Shown here one piece after another: positions 16,646 through 27,112 of a stretch of DNA of 50,768 nt. The first letter of the stretch is position 1. Each line of letters begins with the position of its first letter. The notes beneath the pieces are model-generated. The model ran no database searches. It was not told where the DNA came from and saw only the letters and a list, made by a program, of their open reading frames with translations. The stretch covers positions 1-50,768 of the forward strand of contig JAYQVM010000002.1 of NCBI GenBank assembly GCA_038148435.1, read 5' to 3'. This DNA comes from Gammaproteobacteria bacterium (lineage in GTDB: Bacteria > Pseudomonadota > Gammaproteobacteria > Pseudomonadales > Pseudohongiellaceae). The translations under genes were made by a program, and so were the position numbers.

Positions 16646-18775
16646 ATGGAGGCTTTTATCAGTAAGCAAACCATTGAAATGCTGGCTGAGAGCCTGGCCG
16701 AATATCTCGAACCGGCCCAGGTTAATCTCGTGCGCCGCGCCTATTTTTATGCCGAGCAAGCCCATGATGGCCAGCAGCGCATGTCTGGCGATCCCTATGT
16801 TATCCATCCTCTGGCAGTAGCCTGCATATTACGCGAAATGCATATGGACCATCAGAGTATGGCTGCTGCCATGTTGCATGATGTGATTGAAGATACAGGC
16901 ATTCCCCAGCAGGCAATAGCGAGTCAGTTTGGGCAGGCAATCGCCGACCTGGTTGATGGTGTGAGTAAACTGAACCGCATTGAATTCAGTACCCGTGCCG
17001 AAGCACAGGCTGATAATTTCCAGAAAATGGCGCTTGCCATGGCCAAGGATATTCGCGTCGTTCTGGTAAAACTAGCGGACCGCCTACACAACATGCGCAC
17101 CCTTAGCGCACTGAAGCCAGACAAACAGCGTCGAATTGCCCGGGAAACCCTTGAAATTTATGCACCAATTGCCAATCGGCTTGGCATGAACAATTCCCGT
17201 ATTGAGCTTGAGCAGCTGGGCTTTGAGGCTCTCTATCCGATGAGGGCACGACGCCTGGAAGCTGCTGTAAAAAATATTACCGGTCATCGTAAGGAAATCG
17301 TGACACAGATTGAGTCAGCCTTAAGCGCCTGTCTGCGGCGCGAGAATTTAGCCGGACGGGTTATTGGCAGGGAAAAACATATCTACAGCATTTACAAGAA
17401 AATGCGAGAAAAGCGTATCTCCTTTCGGGAAATTACCGACGTTTTTGCTTTCCGCATCGTGACCGATGAAGTCGATACCTGTTACCGGATTCTGGGTGCT
17501 GTGCATAATCTCTACAAACCGGTCCCCGGACGTTTCAAGGATTACATTGCCATTCCCAAGGTCAATGGCTATCAATCTCTACATACTACTCTGTTCAGCA
17601 TACATACCATCCCCATCGAAATCCAGATTCGCACGGAAGACATGGAGGCTATGGCCAATAATGGCATTGCCGCTCACTGGCTCTACAAATCAAGCAGTGA
17701 AATGACCAATCAAAGTCATATCCGTGCCCGCCAGTGGGTGCAGGACTTGCTGGAAATGCAGGAACAGGCTGGGAATTCGCAGGAGTTTATCGAGCATGTT
17801 AAAACCGACCTGTTTCCAGATGAAATTTATGTGTTTACCCCTAAGGGAGCTATTCTCGAGCTGCCTTCCGGATCTACAGCTGTCGACTTTGCCTATGCGG
17901 TACATACTGATGTTGGCAATACCTGCGTCGCCTGCCGTATCAATCGACAGCTTGCGCCTCTGAGCCAACCGCTGCAAAGTGGCCAGACAGTGGAAATTAT
18001 CGCGTCAGGCTCACACCCGAATCCCGCCTGGCTTAACTTCGTTGTTTCTGGCAAGGCTCGCAGCAATATTCGACACTACCTTAAAAATCAGCGCCGCTCA
18101 GAAGCCATTACATTGGGACGTCGACTGCTCAACAAAACTCTGGCTGGGTTTGGCTATAATTTGTCAAATATACCTAAAGACAAAGTCGGCGGCCTGCTGG
18201 AAGAAACTGATTTTGATGTGCTGGATGACTTGCTGGAAGATATCGGACTCGGTAATCGCATGGCCTACATAGTCGCCCGTCGTCTATTGCCCGAAGATGG
18301 CAATTCTCGGCCCTCGCTTGGCGAAAAAGATATTACCCTGGCCATCCACGGCAACGAAGGTATGGTAATGTCCTTCGCCAAATGTTGTCACCCGATTCCC
18401 GGCGACCCGATTTTAGGTTACGTTTCTTCTGGGCGCGGCATGATCGTACATGTAGAAAGCTGCAATAACGTGGCTGAAATTCTCAATGATCCGAAAAAGC
18501 ATCTGGCGCTGCGCTGGGATCCTGGACTAGAAGGCGAGTTCCCTGTTGAACTCCGGATCGAACTAGAGCATCAGCGTGGCATGATTGCCACACTGGCCAA
18601 TACCGTGACTGCCTGTGAAGCAAACATTGAAAAAATCAGTATGGCAGATCGCGATGCTCAGTTCAGTATCGTTAATCTTACTGTCAACGTTCGCAACCGT
18701 ATTCATCTAGCTCGTGTTATGAAACGGGTGCGGGTTATCCGAACTGTTAGCAAGGTAAGTCGCATCAAGAACTGA
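16646..18775 (+). CDS. spoT: Bifunctional (p)ppGpp synthetase / hydrolase (RelA/SpoT homolog)
   Basis: It has the HD hydrolase motif 'HDVIEDT', a synthetase region 'FKDYIAIPKVNGYQSLHTT', and TGS and ACT-like C-terminal regions. It lies downstream of rpoZ, as spoT does in E. coli. 709 aa. Confidence 0.9.
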   Translation: MEAFISKQTIEMLAESLAEYLEPAQVNLVRRAYFYAEQAHDGQQRMSGDPYVIHPLAVACILREMHMDHQSMAAAMLHDVIEDTGIPQQAIASQFGQAIADLVDGVSKLNRIEFSTRAEAQADNFQKMALAMAKDIRVVLVKLADRLHNMRTLSALKPDKQRRIARETLEIYAPIANRLGMNNSRIELEQLGFEALYPMRARRLEAAVKNITGHRKEIVTQIESALSACLRRENLAGRVIGREKHIYSIYKKMREKRISFREITDVFAFRIVTDEVDTCYRILGAVHNLYKPVPGRFKDYIAIPKVNGYQSLHTTLFSIHTIPIEIQIRTEDMEAMANNGIAAHWLYKSSSEMTNQSHIRARQWVQDLLEMQEQAGNSQEFIEHVKTDLFPDEIYVFTPKGAILELPSGSTAVDFAYAVHTDVGNTCVACRINRQLAPLSQPLQSGQTVEIIASGSHPNPAWLNFVVSGKARSNIRHYLKNQRRSEAITLGRRLLNKTLAGFGYNLSNIPKDKVGGLLEETDFDVLDDLLEDIGLGNRMAYIVARRLLPEDGNSRPSLGEKDITLAIHGNEGMVMSFAKCCHPIPGDPILGYVSSGRGMIVHVESCNNVAEILNDPKKHLALRWDPGLEGEFPVELRIELEHQRGMIATLANTVTACEANIEKISMADRDAQFSIVNLTVNVRNRIHLARVMKRVRVIRTVSKVSRIKN

Positions 18776-18896
18776 ATTTTTTTCTGGTCTAAATGCTACC
18801 GCGTCGACAAAATAAATTTTCTAAGCTTATTTATCGAGTGACAAAACGAGCCAGCGGTGATTAGCGCCATGTTTTCAAACCCCATAAAATATAAGT

Positions 18897-21008
18897 ATGT
18901 CATTCAAACGCTCAGTATCTCCTTCAACTGACTTACGGCGCCTGCCTTTAACAACACTGAAGGGGGTGGGTCCCTCACTTGAAAAAAAATTACACAGGTT
19001 AAATATTTTTAGCGTCCTCGACCTGGTATTTCATTTGCCCTTTCGCTATCAGGACCGTACTCGAATAAGCCGCATAGCCGCCTTACAGCCTGGTCGCGAT
19101 CTGGTCATTGAAGGCCTCATCATCGGTAGCTCCATTCTTTTAGGACGTCGTAGAAGCCTTTTGGTAAAAATTCAAGATAACAGCGGTATTGCCAATCTGC
19201 GTTTTTTTCACTTCAGCGCTACTCAACAAAAAAACCTGACTGAAGGGAAACGCCTACGCTGCTTTGGCGAGGCGCGCTGGGGGCGCAGTGGTGTAGAACT
19301 GTATCATCCGGAATACAAAATTTTAGATGAAGAAGATACGCTACCGATCTCTGCTCATCTAACTGCCATCTATCCGGCTACTGAAGGCATTCAGCAAGCC
19401 CGCCTACGTCATATTATCGAGCAGGCTTTGACTTTGTTGAAAAAATATCCAGGCTCACTAAAAGAATTGTTACCGAATGAATTATTGCAAGAATTGAGAA
19501 CCGTTGCTCTCTTAGAGGCGCTAATTTTTATTCACCGCCCCCCACATGATACAGACATCGAATTACTGGAAAGCGGCAAGCACCCCTACCAGCAGCGCTT
19601 GGCTTTTGAAGAACTGCTGGCACATTATTTGTGCCTACGAAGGCTCCGTGATCAGGCTAGAAAAGGGCAGGCCCCTCCATTAAAGTCAAGTATAAGCCTG
19701 GTGCCTAAACTGCTCGAGAGGCTGCCCTTCCGTCTGACGCGAGGACAGGAGCAAGCATTTACCGATGTCAGTCAAGACCTTGCAAGCGATGTCCCTATGC
19801 TCAGATTGATCCAGGGTGATGTCGGGTCTGGCAAGACCATGGTTGCTCTGATGGCCGCTTTGCAAAGTGTCGAGAATAACTTCCAGGTAGCCCTCATGGC
19901 TCCGACCGAAATTCTGGCCGAGCAGCACTATATTAATTTTTCAACACTTCTTGAAGGCTGCGATCTTGAGATATGCTTTTTAAGTGGCAAGGTTAAGGGC
20001 AAGAAGCGCCAGACGGCTCTTGCTGCCATAGCGTCAGCACAGGCACAAGTCCTAGTCGGCACACATGCCCTCTTTCAGGAAGACGTGCAATTCAAGCAAC
20101 TAGGTTTGATGATCGTGGATGAACAACATCGCTTTGGCGTCCATCAACGGCTGGCCCTGCTGGAAAAGGGGCAAGGTGTCGGACAGACTCCACATCAACT
20201 TATCATGACCGCCACACCGATCCCGCGCACCCTGATGATGAGCGCCTATGCTGACCTGGACTGCTCCATCATTGACGAGCTTCCCCCCGGGCGTACCCCA
20301 GTCAATACGGTTCTGATTGCCGACAATCGTCGTGAAGAGGTAATTGAAAGGATTCGCCAGGCCTGTGCTGATGGACGACAAGCCTACTGGGTTTGCAACC
20401 TGATTGAAGAGTCAGATGTTTTACAGTGCCAGGCCGCTGAAGCCACGCATACTTTGCTTAAGGAAAAGTTAGGTTCCCTCAAGGTGGGCCTGATTCACGG
20501 ACGCATGAAAGCCGCCGATAAAAGCCTCATCATGAATGCCTTCAAGCGGGGAGAGTTGAATTTGCTGGTTGCGACCACGGTGATAGAAGTTGGTGTCGAT
20601 GTTCCCAATGCTTCCCTGATGGTGATAGAAAATCCCGAGCGTCTGGGTCTTGCCCAGTTACACCAGTTGAGGGGGCGTGTCGGTCGTGGCAGCGCAGAAA
20701 GCCATTGCCTCCTACTTTACCACCAGCCACTTTCCGAGTTAAGCCAGCAACGTCTGGGCATCATGCGCCAGAGCCATGATGGCTTTTTTATCGCCCAGAA
20801 AGACTTGGAAATACGGGGCCCAGGAGAAGTGCTGGGCACGCGACAGACAGGTTTGATGAACTATAAGCTGGCGGATTTGCGTCGTGATGCTCATTTGCAG
20901 GAACAGATCAAAACCTGGGCCGAACGTATCAGACAGCACTCACCAGCTTACATTGACCCTCTGATTGACCGCTGGCTTTCTATCAATCAGCAGTACGGGA
21001 ATGTTTGA
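18897..21008 (+). CDS. recG: ATP-dependent DNA helicase RecG
   Basis: It has a wedge domain, Walker A 'QGDVGSGKT', 'DEQHRFG', and 'LHQLRGRVGRG'. 703 aa. The spoT-recG neighbourhood is conserved. Confidence 0.95.
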   Translation: MSFKRSVSPSTDLRRLPLTTLKGVGPSLEKKLHRLNIFSVLDLVFHLPFRYQDRTRISRIAALQPGRDLVIEGLIIGSSILLGRRRSLLVKIQDNSGIANLRFFHFSATQQKNLTEGKRLRCFGEARWGRSGVELYHPEYKILDEEDTLPISAHLTAIYPATEGIQQARLRHIIEQALTLLKKYPGSLKELLPNELLQELRTVALLEALIFIHRPPHDTDIELLESGKHPYQQRLAFEELLAHYLCLRRLRDQARKGQAPPLKSSISLVPKLLERLPFRLTRGQEQAFTDVSQDLASDVPMLRLIQGDVGSGKTMVALMAALQSVENNFQVALMAPTEILAEQHYINFSTLLEGCDLEICFLSGKVKGKKRQTALAAIASAQAQVLVGTHALFQEDVQFKQLGLMIVDEQHRFGVHQRLALLEKGQGVGQTPHQLIMTATPIPRTLMMSAYADLDCSIIDELPPGRTPVNTVLIADNRREEVIERIRQACADGRQAYWVCNLIEESDVLQCQAAEATHTLLKEKLGSLKVGLIHGRMKAADKSLIMNAFKRGELNLLVATTVIEVGVDVPNASLMVIENPERLGLAQLHQLRGRVGRGSAESHCLLLYHQPLSELSQQRLGIMRQSHDGFFIAQKDLEIRGPGEVLGTRQTGLMNYKLADLRRDAHLQEQIKTWAERIRQHSPAYIDPLIDRWLSINQQYGNV

Positions 21009-21015
21009 GCCTCGC

Positions 21016-22293
21016 TCAGGATTCCAGAATGCCAAGCTCACCCTGACGCTTGGCGATAATGACGGCTCCACAGGAGTCGCTGAAAATGTTAACGGCCGTC
21101 CGATACATATCCAGCACTCTATCCGTCACCATTAACAAGCCAATCGCCTCCACCGGCAAACCGATAGCAGGCAAAATAACGGCTATGGCCACCAGGCTGG
21201 CTGCCGGAATGCCGGCTACGCCTATCGAGGTCAGCAAGGCTATCAACACCACGGTAAACTGCGTGGCAAAACTGAGCTCCAGCCCGTAGGCTTGTGCCAG
21301 AAAAATTGCGGCAACACATTCATAGAGGGCTGTGCCATCCATGTTTACGGTTGCACCCAACGGCAGAACAAAACTGGTAGTCTTCTCAGAGACACCGGCC
21401 TTTTTTTCCACACATTCCATGGTTAGTGGCAAGGTTGCAGAAGAGGATGATGTCGAAAAAGCCGTCAGAACTGCTGGTGCCATAGCCCGGAAATGAGCAA
21501 GCGGGCTAACGCCACCAAGATATTTCAGCAGCAGAGGCAGCACAATAAGCATGTGCACTGTTAACGCCAGCACAACGGTCAAGAAAAAAACCAGCATCGG
21601 GGGAAAAGCGGCAAAGCCTGTCTCAGCAGCCGTCGCCGCAATAAGTCCAAATATGCCTATAGGAGCAAAACGCATAACCCACATGGTGATGCGCATCATG
21701 GTTTCTGATACGCCCTGCCAGAAATCCAGCAGCACTTCTCCCTGACGGCGAGGAATCTGCATCATGAAATATCCAAACACCAGGGAAAAGAAAATCAGCC
21801 CCAACATTTGTCCTTCGGCAGCGGCGGCTACTACATTGGTCGGAATCATCCGTAAAAAGATTGCCGCGATATCGCTGCCACCACGCCCCTCGACACTTGC
21901 CACTGCCGATGCAGCGGCTTCATTATCAATACTCAGGTTAAGCTGAGCCCCAGCCGGAACCCCATCAATGATACCGGGGGATATCAGGTTTATGAAAAAG
22001 AGTCCGACCAGAATAGCCAGAGTACTGGTCATGGCATAGTAGGACAGCGTCATACCTCCCAGCCGACCCAGGTCGCTACGGCCGCCGATATTGGCAATAC
22101 CGCAGATGATGGAAGCCATGATCAGCGGTACGATGATCATGCGCAGGGCATTGAGAAAGAGCGTACCAATAAAGTCATAGACGGCATAAAAACTGAGCCC
22201 GGCTATCCCCATTTCTGTGCCAGTGAGCCGTCCACAAATAAAGGCCAGCATAATTGCTATTAGAATCTGCCAGTGCAGTTTTAGTTTCATCAT
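21016..22293 (-). CDS. Dicarboxylate/amino acid:cation symporter (DAACS family)
   Basis: A polytopic 425-aa protein with 'TSSSSATLP' and 'GATVNMDGTALYE' motifs, characteristic of the GltP/DctA/SstT family. Confidence 0.85.
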   Translation of the reverse strand: MMKLKLHWQILIAIMLAFICGRLTGTEMGIAGLSFYAVYDFIGTLFLNALRMIIVPLIMASIICGIANIGGRSDLGRLGGMTLSYYAMTSTLAILVGLFFINLISPGIIDGVPAGAQLNLSIDNEAAASAVASVEGRGGSDIAAIFLRMIPTNVVAAAAEGQMLGLIFFSLVFGYFMMQIPRRQGEVLLDFWQGVSETMMRITMWVMRFAPIGIFGLIAATAAETGFAAFPPMLVFFLTVVLALTVHMLIVLPLLLKYLGGVSPLAHFRAMAPAVLTAFSTSSSSATLPLTMECVEKKAGVSEKTTSFVLPLGATVNMDGTALYECVAAIFLAQAYGLELSFATQFTVVLIALLTSIGVAGIPAASLVAIAVILPAIGLPVEAIGLLMVTDRVLDMYRTAVNIFSDSCGAVIIAKRQGELGILES

Positions 22294-22409
22294 TTTCGGA
22301 CTCTATATAGAAGGCTCTCGATCAAACTATTTAAACAGCGCCAATTCTTATATTCAATGCTCTGTTAAGTCTGTCTATAATCTTCGTTCAATATCCATAA
22401 GGTTCGCAC

Positions 22410-23354
22410 TTGCTTTCATCTCAACTCAACAAATATCGAGAGCGCCTGACGGCATGGCAGGTCAGGCTTTGGCAACAGACGCAAGTCCACTTTCCTGTTT
22501 TTGCGGCAAAACTGCCCCCCTACTGGCAGCTGACACGCATGCACAAACCCATTGGCACCTTTCTGGTGCTGTGGCCCACCCTTTGGTGCCTGTGGATTGC
22601 TGGCGAAGGCAGTCCGCAAATCAAGCTGGTTATCATCTTTATCCTTGGCAGTCTGCTGATGCGCTCGGCCGGCTGCTGTATCAATGACTATGCAGACCGC
22701 AAGTTTGACGGCAAGGTTGCCAGAACGAGGGAACGCCCCTTGGCTACCGGCAAAATCAGCCCCAAAGAGGCGCTATGGCTATGTGCAGCCTTGTGTTTTC
22801 TAGCCTTCCTACTGGTCTTGTTGACCAACCTGTTCACCATCTTGATGGCCTTTGCCGCACTGGCCATTGCTCTGATTTATCCCTTTATGAAGCGCTATAC
22901 CCACATGCCCCAGCTTGTTCTGGGGGCTGCATTTTCCTGGGGAGGGATGATGGCCTTTACCGCCCAGATGGATAGCCTGCCTGCACAGGCCTGGCTGCTA
23001 TATATCGCCAACCTGTTGTGGACCGTCGCCTATGATACCCAGTATGCCATGGTGGACCGCGAGGACGATTTGAAGCTTGGTATTAAATCCACAGCCATTT
23101 TGTTTGCTGAGGCGGACGTCTTCGTCATTGCTTTTTTACAGATATTTTTCCTGATTACGCTCGCTCTGAGCGCCAATTATTTTGGCCTTAGCTCGGCTTT
23201 TGAATTGGGGCTAGTGCTGGCTGGCCTGCTGTTTCTTTACCAGCATGCCCTGACTTGGAATCGGCAGGCTGATAACTGCTTCAAAGCTTTTTTGAATAAT
23301 AACTATGTCGGCCTGGTAATTTTTATGGCAACCGTCATTGATTATCTAGTCTGA
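22410..23354 (+). CDS. ubiA: 4-hydroxybenzoate polyprenyltransferase
   Basis: 'NDYADRKFDGKVARTRERPLATG', 'YPFMKRYTHMPQLVLGAAF' and 'YDTQYAMVDREDDLKLGIKSTAILF' are near-identical to E. coli UbiA motifs. The start is uncertain: TTG at 22410 or ATG at 22539. Confidence 0.9.
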   Translation: MLSSQLNKYRERLTAWQVRLWQQTQVHFPVFAAKLPPYWQLTRMHKPIGTFLVLWPTLWCLWIAGEGSPQIKLVIIFILGSLLMRSAGCCINDYADRKFDGKVARTRERPLATGKISPKEALWLCAALCFLAFLLVLLTNLFTILMAFAALAIALIYPFMKRYTHMPQLVLGAAFSWGGMMAFTAQMDSLPAQAWLLYIANLLWTVAYDTQYAMVDREDDLKLGIKSTAILFAEADVFVIAFLQIFFLITLALSANYFGLSSAFELGLVLAGLLFLYQHALTWNRQADNCFKAFLNNNYVGLVIFMATVIDYLV

Positions 23355-23357
23355 ATT

Positions 23358-24239
23358 TCAGGCCTTTGAATAATCTATCAGGGTCGGCTTTTTCCAGGCC
23401 AACGAAGCGCCAAGGTTTTGCAACACGCTCAGACCATAATCGTAATTTCTACCTACCGAAGCTAGGCCATGAGAATCGTCACCCGGCACAATGGCAATGT
23501 TTTTATCCAGCGCTAGTTTTACTATGCTTAAAGAAGGATATTGTTCAAGCGCCTTGTCAAAACCGCGCAAATTAAAATCAAGGATCAGTTTGTTGTCTGC
23601 AATAAAGTCTAGATTTCGCTCTACCCGTGCCATCACCTCAGCATCCTTGAGGGTGCTCAAATAGTCCTTGTCATAAATACGTATCAAATCAAAATGCGCG
23701 ACAACAGCTGGACAAAAAGTTTCCAGCATGGCGAACTGGGCATCGAAATAATCACAATAGAGCTGGCTTATGCTGCCGGCCTTTTGCAGGGCCTGCTCAT
23801 AAAGTTCAGCGCTATAATCAATGCCTATGGTGCCTACATGATGTAAAGAGCCAACCAGGTAATCCGGCCGATAAGTGGCGATCAATGCCTGTACATGTTC
23901 GATAGAGCCGGGGTAAAACTCGATTTCAAATGCCAGCAGCAGATCAATTTCCAGCGCATATTTTGCCTGCAGACTCCTGCCCAGCTGAAAATACTCACTG
24001 AACCGTTCCTGTAAAAAATCCGCAGACAGGCCTGCCTCAACTTCATCAGGATAACGCATGAGGTCGGAAGCAGGCGGCACATGTTCCGTAATGCCCACCC
24101 AAGTAAACCCCTGCTTGATATAAGCCTTCACAATGTCCTCAAGCCCATCACGGGCATGCTGACAAAATTGTCCGCTGTGCCCGCCATGCACCGATACTCT
24201 TTCTGCATTGGTCAGGATTTTTTCACTTGCTTTGTTCAT
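23358..24239 (-). CDS. PHP-domain histidinol-phosphatase (HisJ/HIS2 type)
   Basis: 'VSVHGGHSGQFCQHARDGLEDIVKAYIKQGFTWVGITEHVP' resembles the HisJ N-terminal metal-binding motif (HxH..C.HA ... TEH). Later His and Asp residues ('GSLHH', 'GDDSHG') are also present. 293 aa. Confidence 0.7.
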   Translation of the reverse strand: MNKASEKILTNAERVSVHGGHSGQFCQHARDGLEDIVKAYIKQGFTWVGITEHVPPASDLMRYPDEVEAGLSADFLQERFSEYFQLGRSLQAKYALEIDLLLAFEIEFYPGSIEHVQALIATYRPDYLVGSLHHVGTIGIDYSAELYEQALQKAGSISQLYCDYFDAQFAMLETFCPAVVAHFDLIRIYDKDYLSTLKDAEVMARVERNLDFIADNKLILDFNLRGFDKALEQYPSLSIVKLALDKNIAIVPGDDSHGLASVGRNYDYGLSVLQNLGASLAWKKPTLIDYSKA

Positions 24240-24330
24240 GCTCTGCTTTCTTGTAGTAAACTCAGAACCACGTAATGATTTCTTACCACACCATAACTCA
24301 AATTACTGTTTCGATAAATACTTGTTCATC

Positions 24331-25482
24331 ATGAGTGAACCCTATGAAAGTAGCTTTCTTAACAGCATTGCGGAAATTTCTGCAGCCGATTGGAATGCTC
24401 TAGTAAACAGCTCATACCCTTTTTTAAGGCACGAATTTTTACTGAGCCTTGAACGTAGTGGCTGTGTAAGTTCCCGCAATGGCTGGCAAAGCAAACACCT
24501 CATGGTCAGGAATGGCCGAGCTGAGCTGGTAGCGCTTGCGCCGCTGTATATCAAAAGTCACTCGATGGGGGAGTATGTTTTTGACTGGTCCTGGGCAGAC
24601 GCCTACCATCGCCATGGCCTGAATTATTATCCCAAGCTCTTGAGCGCCGTACCGTTTACCCCGTCAACAGGCCCCAGAATATGCCTGGCCGAAGCACAGA
24701 ATGAGCATGCGCTACTGGCTTTCATTGTCAAATCGGTAAAAGCACTGGCTCAAGAGATACAGGCATCTAGTTGGCATATCCTGTTTTCGGAAAAAACCTG
24801 TTCGGATTTGCTGGAACAAGAAGGTCTGCAGCAACGAACTGGCTGCCAGTATCAAAGGTTCAACAGGGGCTACACGGATTTTGCTAACTTTCTTGATGGT
24901 TTTAATTCCAGAAAGCGCAAAAATATCAAAAAAGAACGTCGCTCTGTTGGCCAAAATGACGTCTATTTTGAATGGCTGGAAGGGGCAGATATTAGCGCCG
25001 AACACTGGCAGCATTTTTACCGTTTTTATCAAAACACTTACCTAGTTCGTGGCCGCAGCGCTTATCTAAATTTGCCTTTTTTTCTTGAGCTTGGTCGCCT
25101 GATGCCACAACAGCTGCTGCTTGTTATGGCAAAAAAATCTAGCCGCTATCTTGCTGGCGCACTTTTTTTCAAAGATAAATCTACGCTGTATGGGCGCTAT
25201 TGGGGTTGTGATGAAGAATGGCAGTTTTTGCATTTTGAAACCTGCTATTATCAGGGGCTGGACTATTGCATCACTCATCAATTGAAGAGCTTTGATTCCG
25301 GGGCGCAGGGGGAGCATAAGATTCAGCGAGGTTTTGAGCCGGTATTTACTTATTCAAACCACTGGGTTTCGCATCCTGAATTCAGCGCTGCTATTCATCA
25401 TTTTCTTCAAGAGGAAAAACAACATATTGATCAGTATCAACAATATGCTGAAGACCTCCTGCCTTTCAAGAAGACCAATTAA
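24331..25482 (+). CDS. DUF482 / FemAB-like GNAT-fold protein
   Basis: I chose the ATG at 24331, which avoids overlap with the divergent gene. 'ISAADWNALV..YPFLRHEFLLSLERSGCVS..GWQSKHL...PLYIKSHSMGEYVFDWSWADAY...YYPKLLSAVPFTPSTG' is the pattern I associate with the DUF482 family. Confidence 0.65.
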   Translation: MSEPYESSFLNSIAEISAADWNALVNSSYPFLRHEFLLSLERSGCVSSRNGWQSKHLMVRNGRAELVALAPLYIKSHSMGEYVFDWSWADAYHRHGLNYYPKLLSAVPFTPSTGPRICLAEAQNEHALLAFIVKSVKALAQEIQASSWHILFSEKTCSDLLEQEGLQQRTGCQYQRFNRGYTDFANFLDGFNSRKRKNIKKERRSVGQNDVYFEWLEGADISAEHWQHFYRFYQNTYLVRGRSAYLNLPFFLELGRLMPQQLLLVMAKKSSRYLAGALFFKDKSTLYGRYWGCDEEWQFLHFETCYYQGLDYCITHQLKSFDSGAQGEHKIQRGFEPVFTYSNHWVSHPEFSAAIHHFLQEEKQHIDQYQQYAEDLLPFKKTN

Positions 25483-25710
25483 CTTTTTAACCCAGCACAA
25501 GTTCAGATCTTATCTAAGGGGCTTGATTTCAGATTTGTATTAGTTATTGGCCCAATGGTAGACCTACCTTAATAATTGATAGGTGTCTCAGCCGACCAAA
25601 GGCAATATATATGATGTTGCCGGAAAATTGCTTAAAAAGCTTGAGGAAAAACATCAACTAGCAGTAAGAATTTGCCTAGGAATTCTGTAGACCATTGAAA
25701 GCATTGGTCT

Positions 25711-26484
25711 TCAGTGCGAGTTGCGCAAAAATACCTGCGTGCGTTCATCCGAATCTTTGGCACTGTAACTATAAGCATCCAGATTAAATTTCTGGAGCTC
25801 GGCGGGGGTCTTTATCTTGTTACGAATGATATAGGCCGCCATCCGACCGCGGGCTTTCTTGGCGAAGAAGCTAATTATCTTGTATTGCCCATTCTTATAG
25901 TCTTTAAAAACCGGTGTCAGTATTTTTGCCTGCATTCTACTTTCGTCCAAAACTTTAAAGTACTCATTGGATGCAAGGTTTACCAGCCATTTATCTTGCT
26001 GTGCTTCCAGAGCCTGCTCAATCAGTTCACTGACTTTCGCTGACCAGTAGTCATACAGGTTGTCACCACGAATATTTTTTAGAGAGGTCCCCATTTCAAG
26101 CCGGTAAGGCTGAATTAGGTCCAGCGGCCTCAGAATGCCATAAAGGCCAGAGAGAATCCGTAGATGCTTTTGGGCAAAATTCAAATCCGCTCCTGAAAAC
26201 TTATCCGCTTCTAACCCTGTGTAGACATCGCCCTTGAATGCATAGATTGCCTGACGGGCATTGTCCGTCGTGAATCGTTTATCCCAATTCAGGAATCGGC
26301 CAAAATTCAACTCAGCAATTTTACTGCTGACATGCATCAGCTTTGCTATGTCATCAGTATTGAGTTCACGTAATTTTCTAATCAGCTTTTCCGAATCTTT
26401 AAGCAAATCAGGTTGGGTAAACTTGCTGCTGAGAACCGGACTCTCAAAGTCGAGCGTTTTGGCGGGCGAAATGACTATAAGCAT
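25711..26484 (-). CDS. yaaA: Peroxide stress protein YaaA (UPF0246/DUF328)
   Basis: I chose the internal Met start 'MLIVISPAKTLDFE', which is the canonical YaaA N-terminus. 'ILSGLYGILRPLDLIQPYRLEM' is conserved. Confidence 0.85.
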   Translation of the reverse strand: MLIVISPAKTLDFESPVLSSKFTQPDLLKDSEKLIRKLRELNTDDIAKLMHVSSKIAELNFGRFLNWDKRFTTDNARQAIYAFKGDVYTGLEADKFSGADLNFAQKHLRILSGLYGILRPLDLIQPYRLEMGTSLKNIRGDNLYDYWSAKVSELIEQALEAQQDKWLVNLASNEYFKVLDESRMQAKILTPVFKDYKNGQYKIISFFAKKARGRMAAYIIRNKIKTPAELQKFNLDAYSYSAKDSDERTQVFLRNSH

Positions 26485-26495
26485 CTTGCTCTCTT

Positions 26496-27014
26496 TTAAA
26501 TCTGATTGATAAAACTGTCCCACCAGTTAAGCGGGGTAAGCCCATCTTGCGGGTCATAGACGTTACCATAATACCAGACTGTATCTGCAAACGAAGCCAT
26601 CACATTATCAAAAAGTGCTTCAATTACGGCAAAGCCGAGGTTAACGTGCAGAGAGTAGCTCAGGGCTCTTGTTGTTTTAAGATCTAGGGAGCCGTCCAAT
26701 TTTTCCACCTCTGGTGTCAGCAAAAGCTCTAGCTTATCCAGACTAGTTTTACTGAAGACGCGAATGGCCAAGTTGCCACTGCGCTGAATTAGAGTGTAAG
26801 CATCTTGTGAATGGGGCGAAATGGCAATTACATCTCCCTTTGCAAGATTTCTTACAAGCAGGGGTGTCTGTAGGATTTCGAAATCGCTTTCTTTTTCGAG
26901 CACTCTGGCCTTAAGCTGTTCTAGTACCTGCTGACCTTTTCTGTCCTTTCCAGCCGGCAACTGCAAAAGTACAAATCTTTGTTTATTTGACAACCTCTCT
27001 CTCCCTGGCATCAT
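26496..27014 (-). CDS. Hypothetical protein (172 aa), possibly DUF4265-like
   Basis: A long ORF with no competing frame, ending 12 nt upstream of yaaA. 'FEILQTPLLVRNLAKGDVIAI' loosely recalls DUF4265. That assignment is tentative. Confidence 0.4.
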   Translation of the reverse strand: MMPGRERLSNKQRFVLLQLPAGKDRKGQQVLEQLKARVLEKESDFEILQTPLLVRNLAKGDVIAISPHSQDAYTLIQRSGNLAIRVFSKTSLDKLELLLTPEVEKLDGSLDLKTTRALSYSLHVNLGFAVIEALFDNVMASFADTVWYYGNVYDPQDGLTPLNWWDSFINQI

Positions 27015-27112
27015 GGTAACAAATTTTCACTGTTAATCTGAATTAAGTTGGCACTTAGAGTCCTAATTTCTATACACTATGAGAGGGATTAGCATAAAAC
27101 AATATATATCAA

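Noticed and set aside
16268-16807. A 179-aa minus-strand ORF (and the 113-aa ORF at 16299-16640) antisense to rpoZ and spoT
   Set aside because: Both are fully overlapped by two strongly supported genes on the plus strand. They have no recognisable motifs, and their composition is typical of antisense shadow ORFs.
22217-22687. A 156-aa plus-strand ORF bridging the DAACS start and ubiA
   Set aside because: It overlaps both well-supported genes out of frame or antisense.
25687-25710. A stem-loop (AGACCA...TGGTCT) just downstream of the yaaA stop, as a terminator
   Set aside because: It has a 6-bp stem with a 10-nt loop and no following T-tract on the minus strand.
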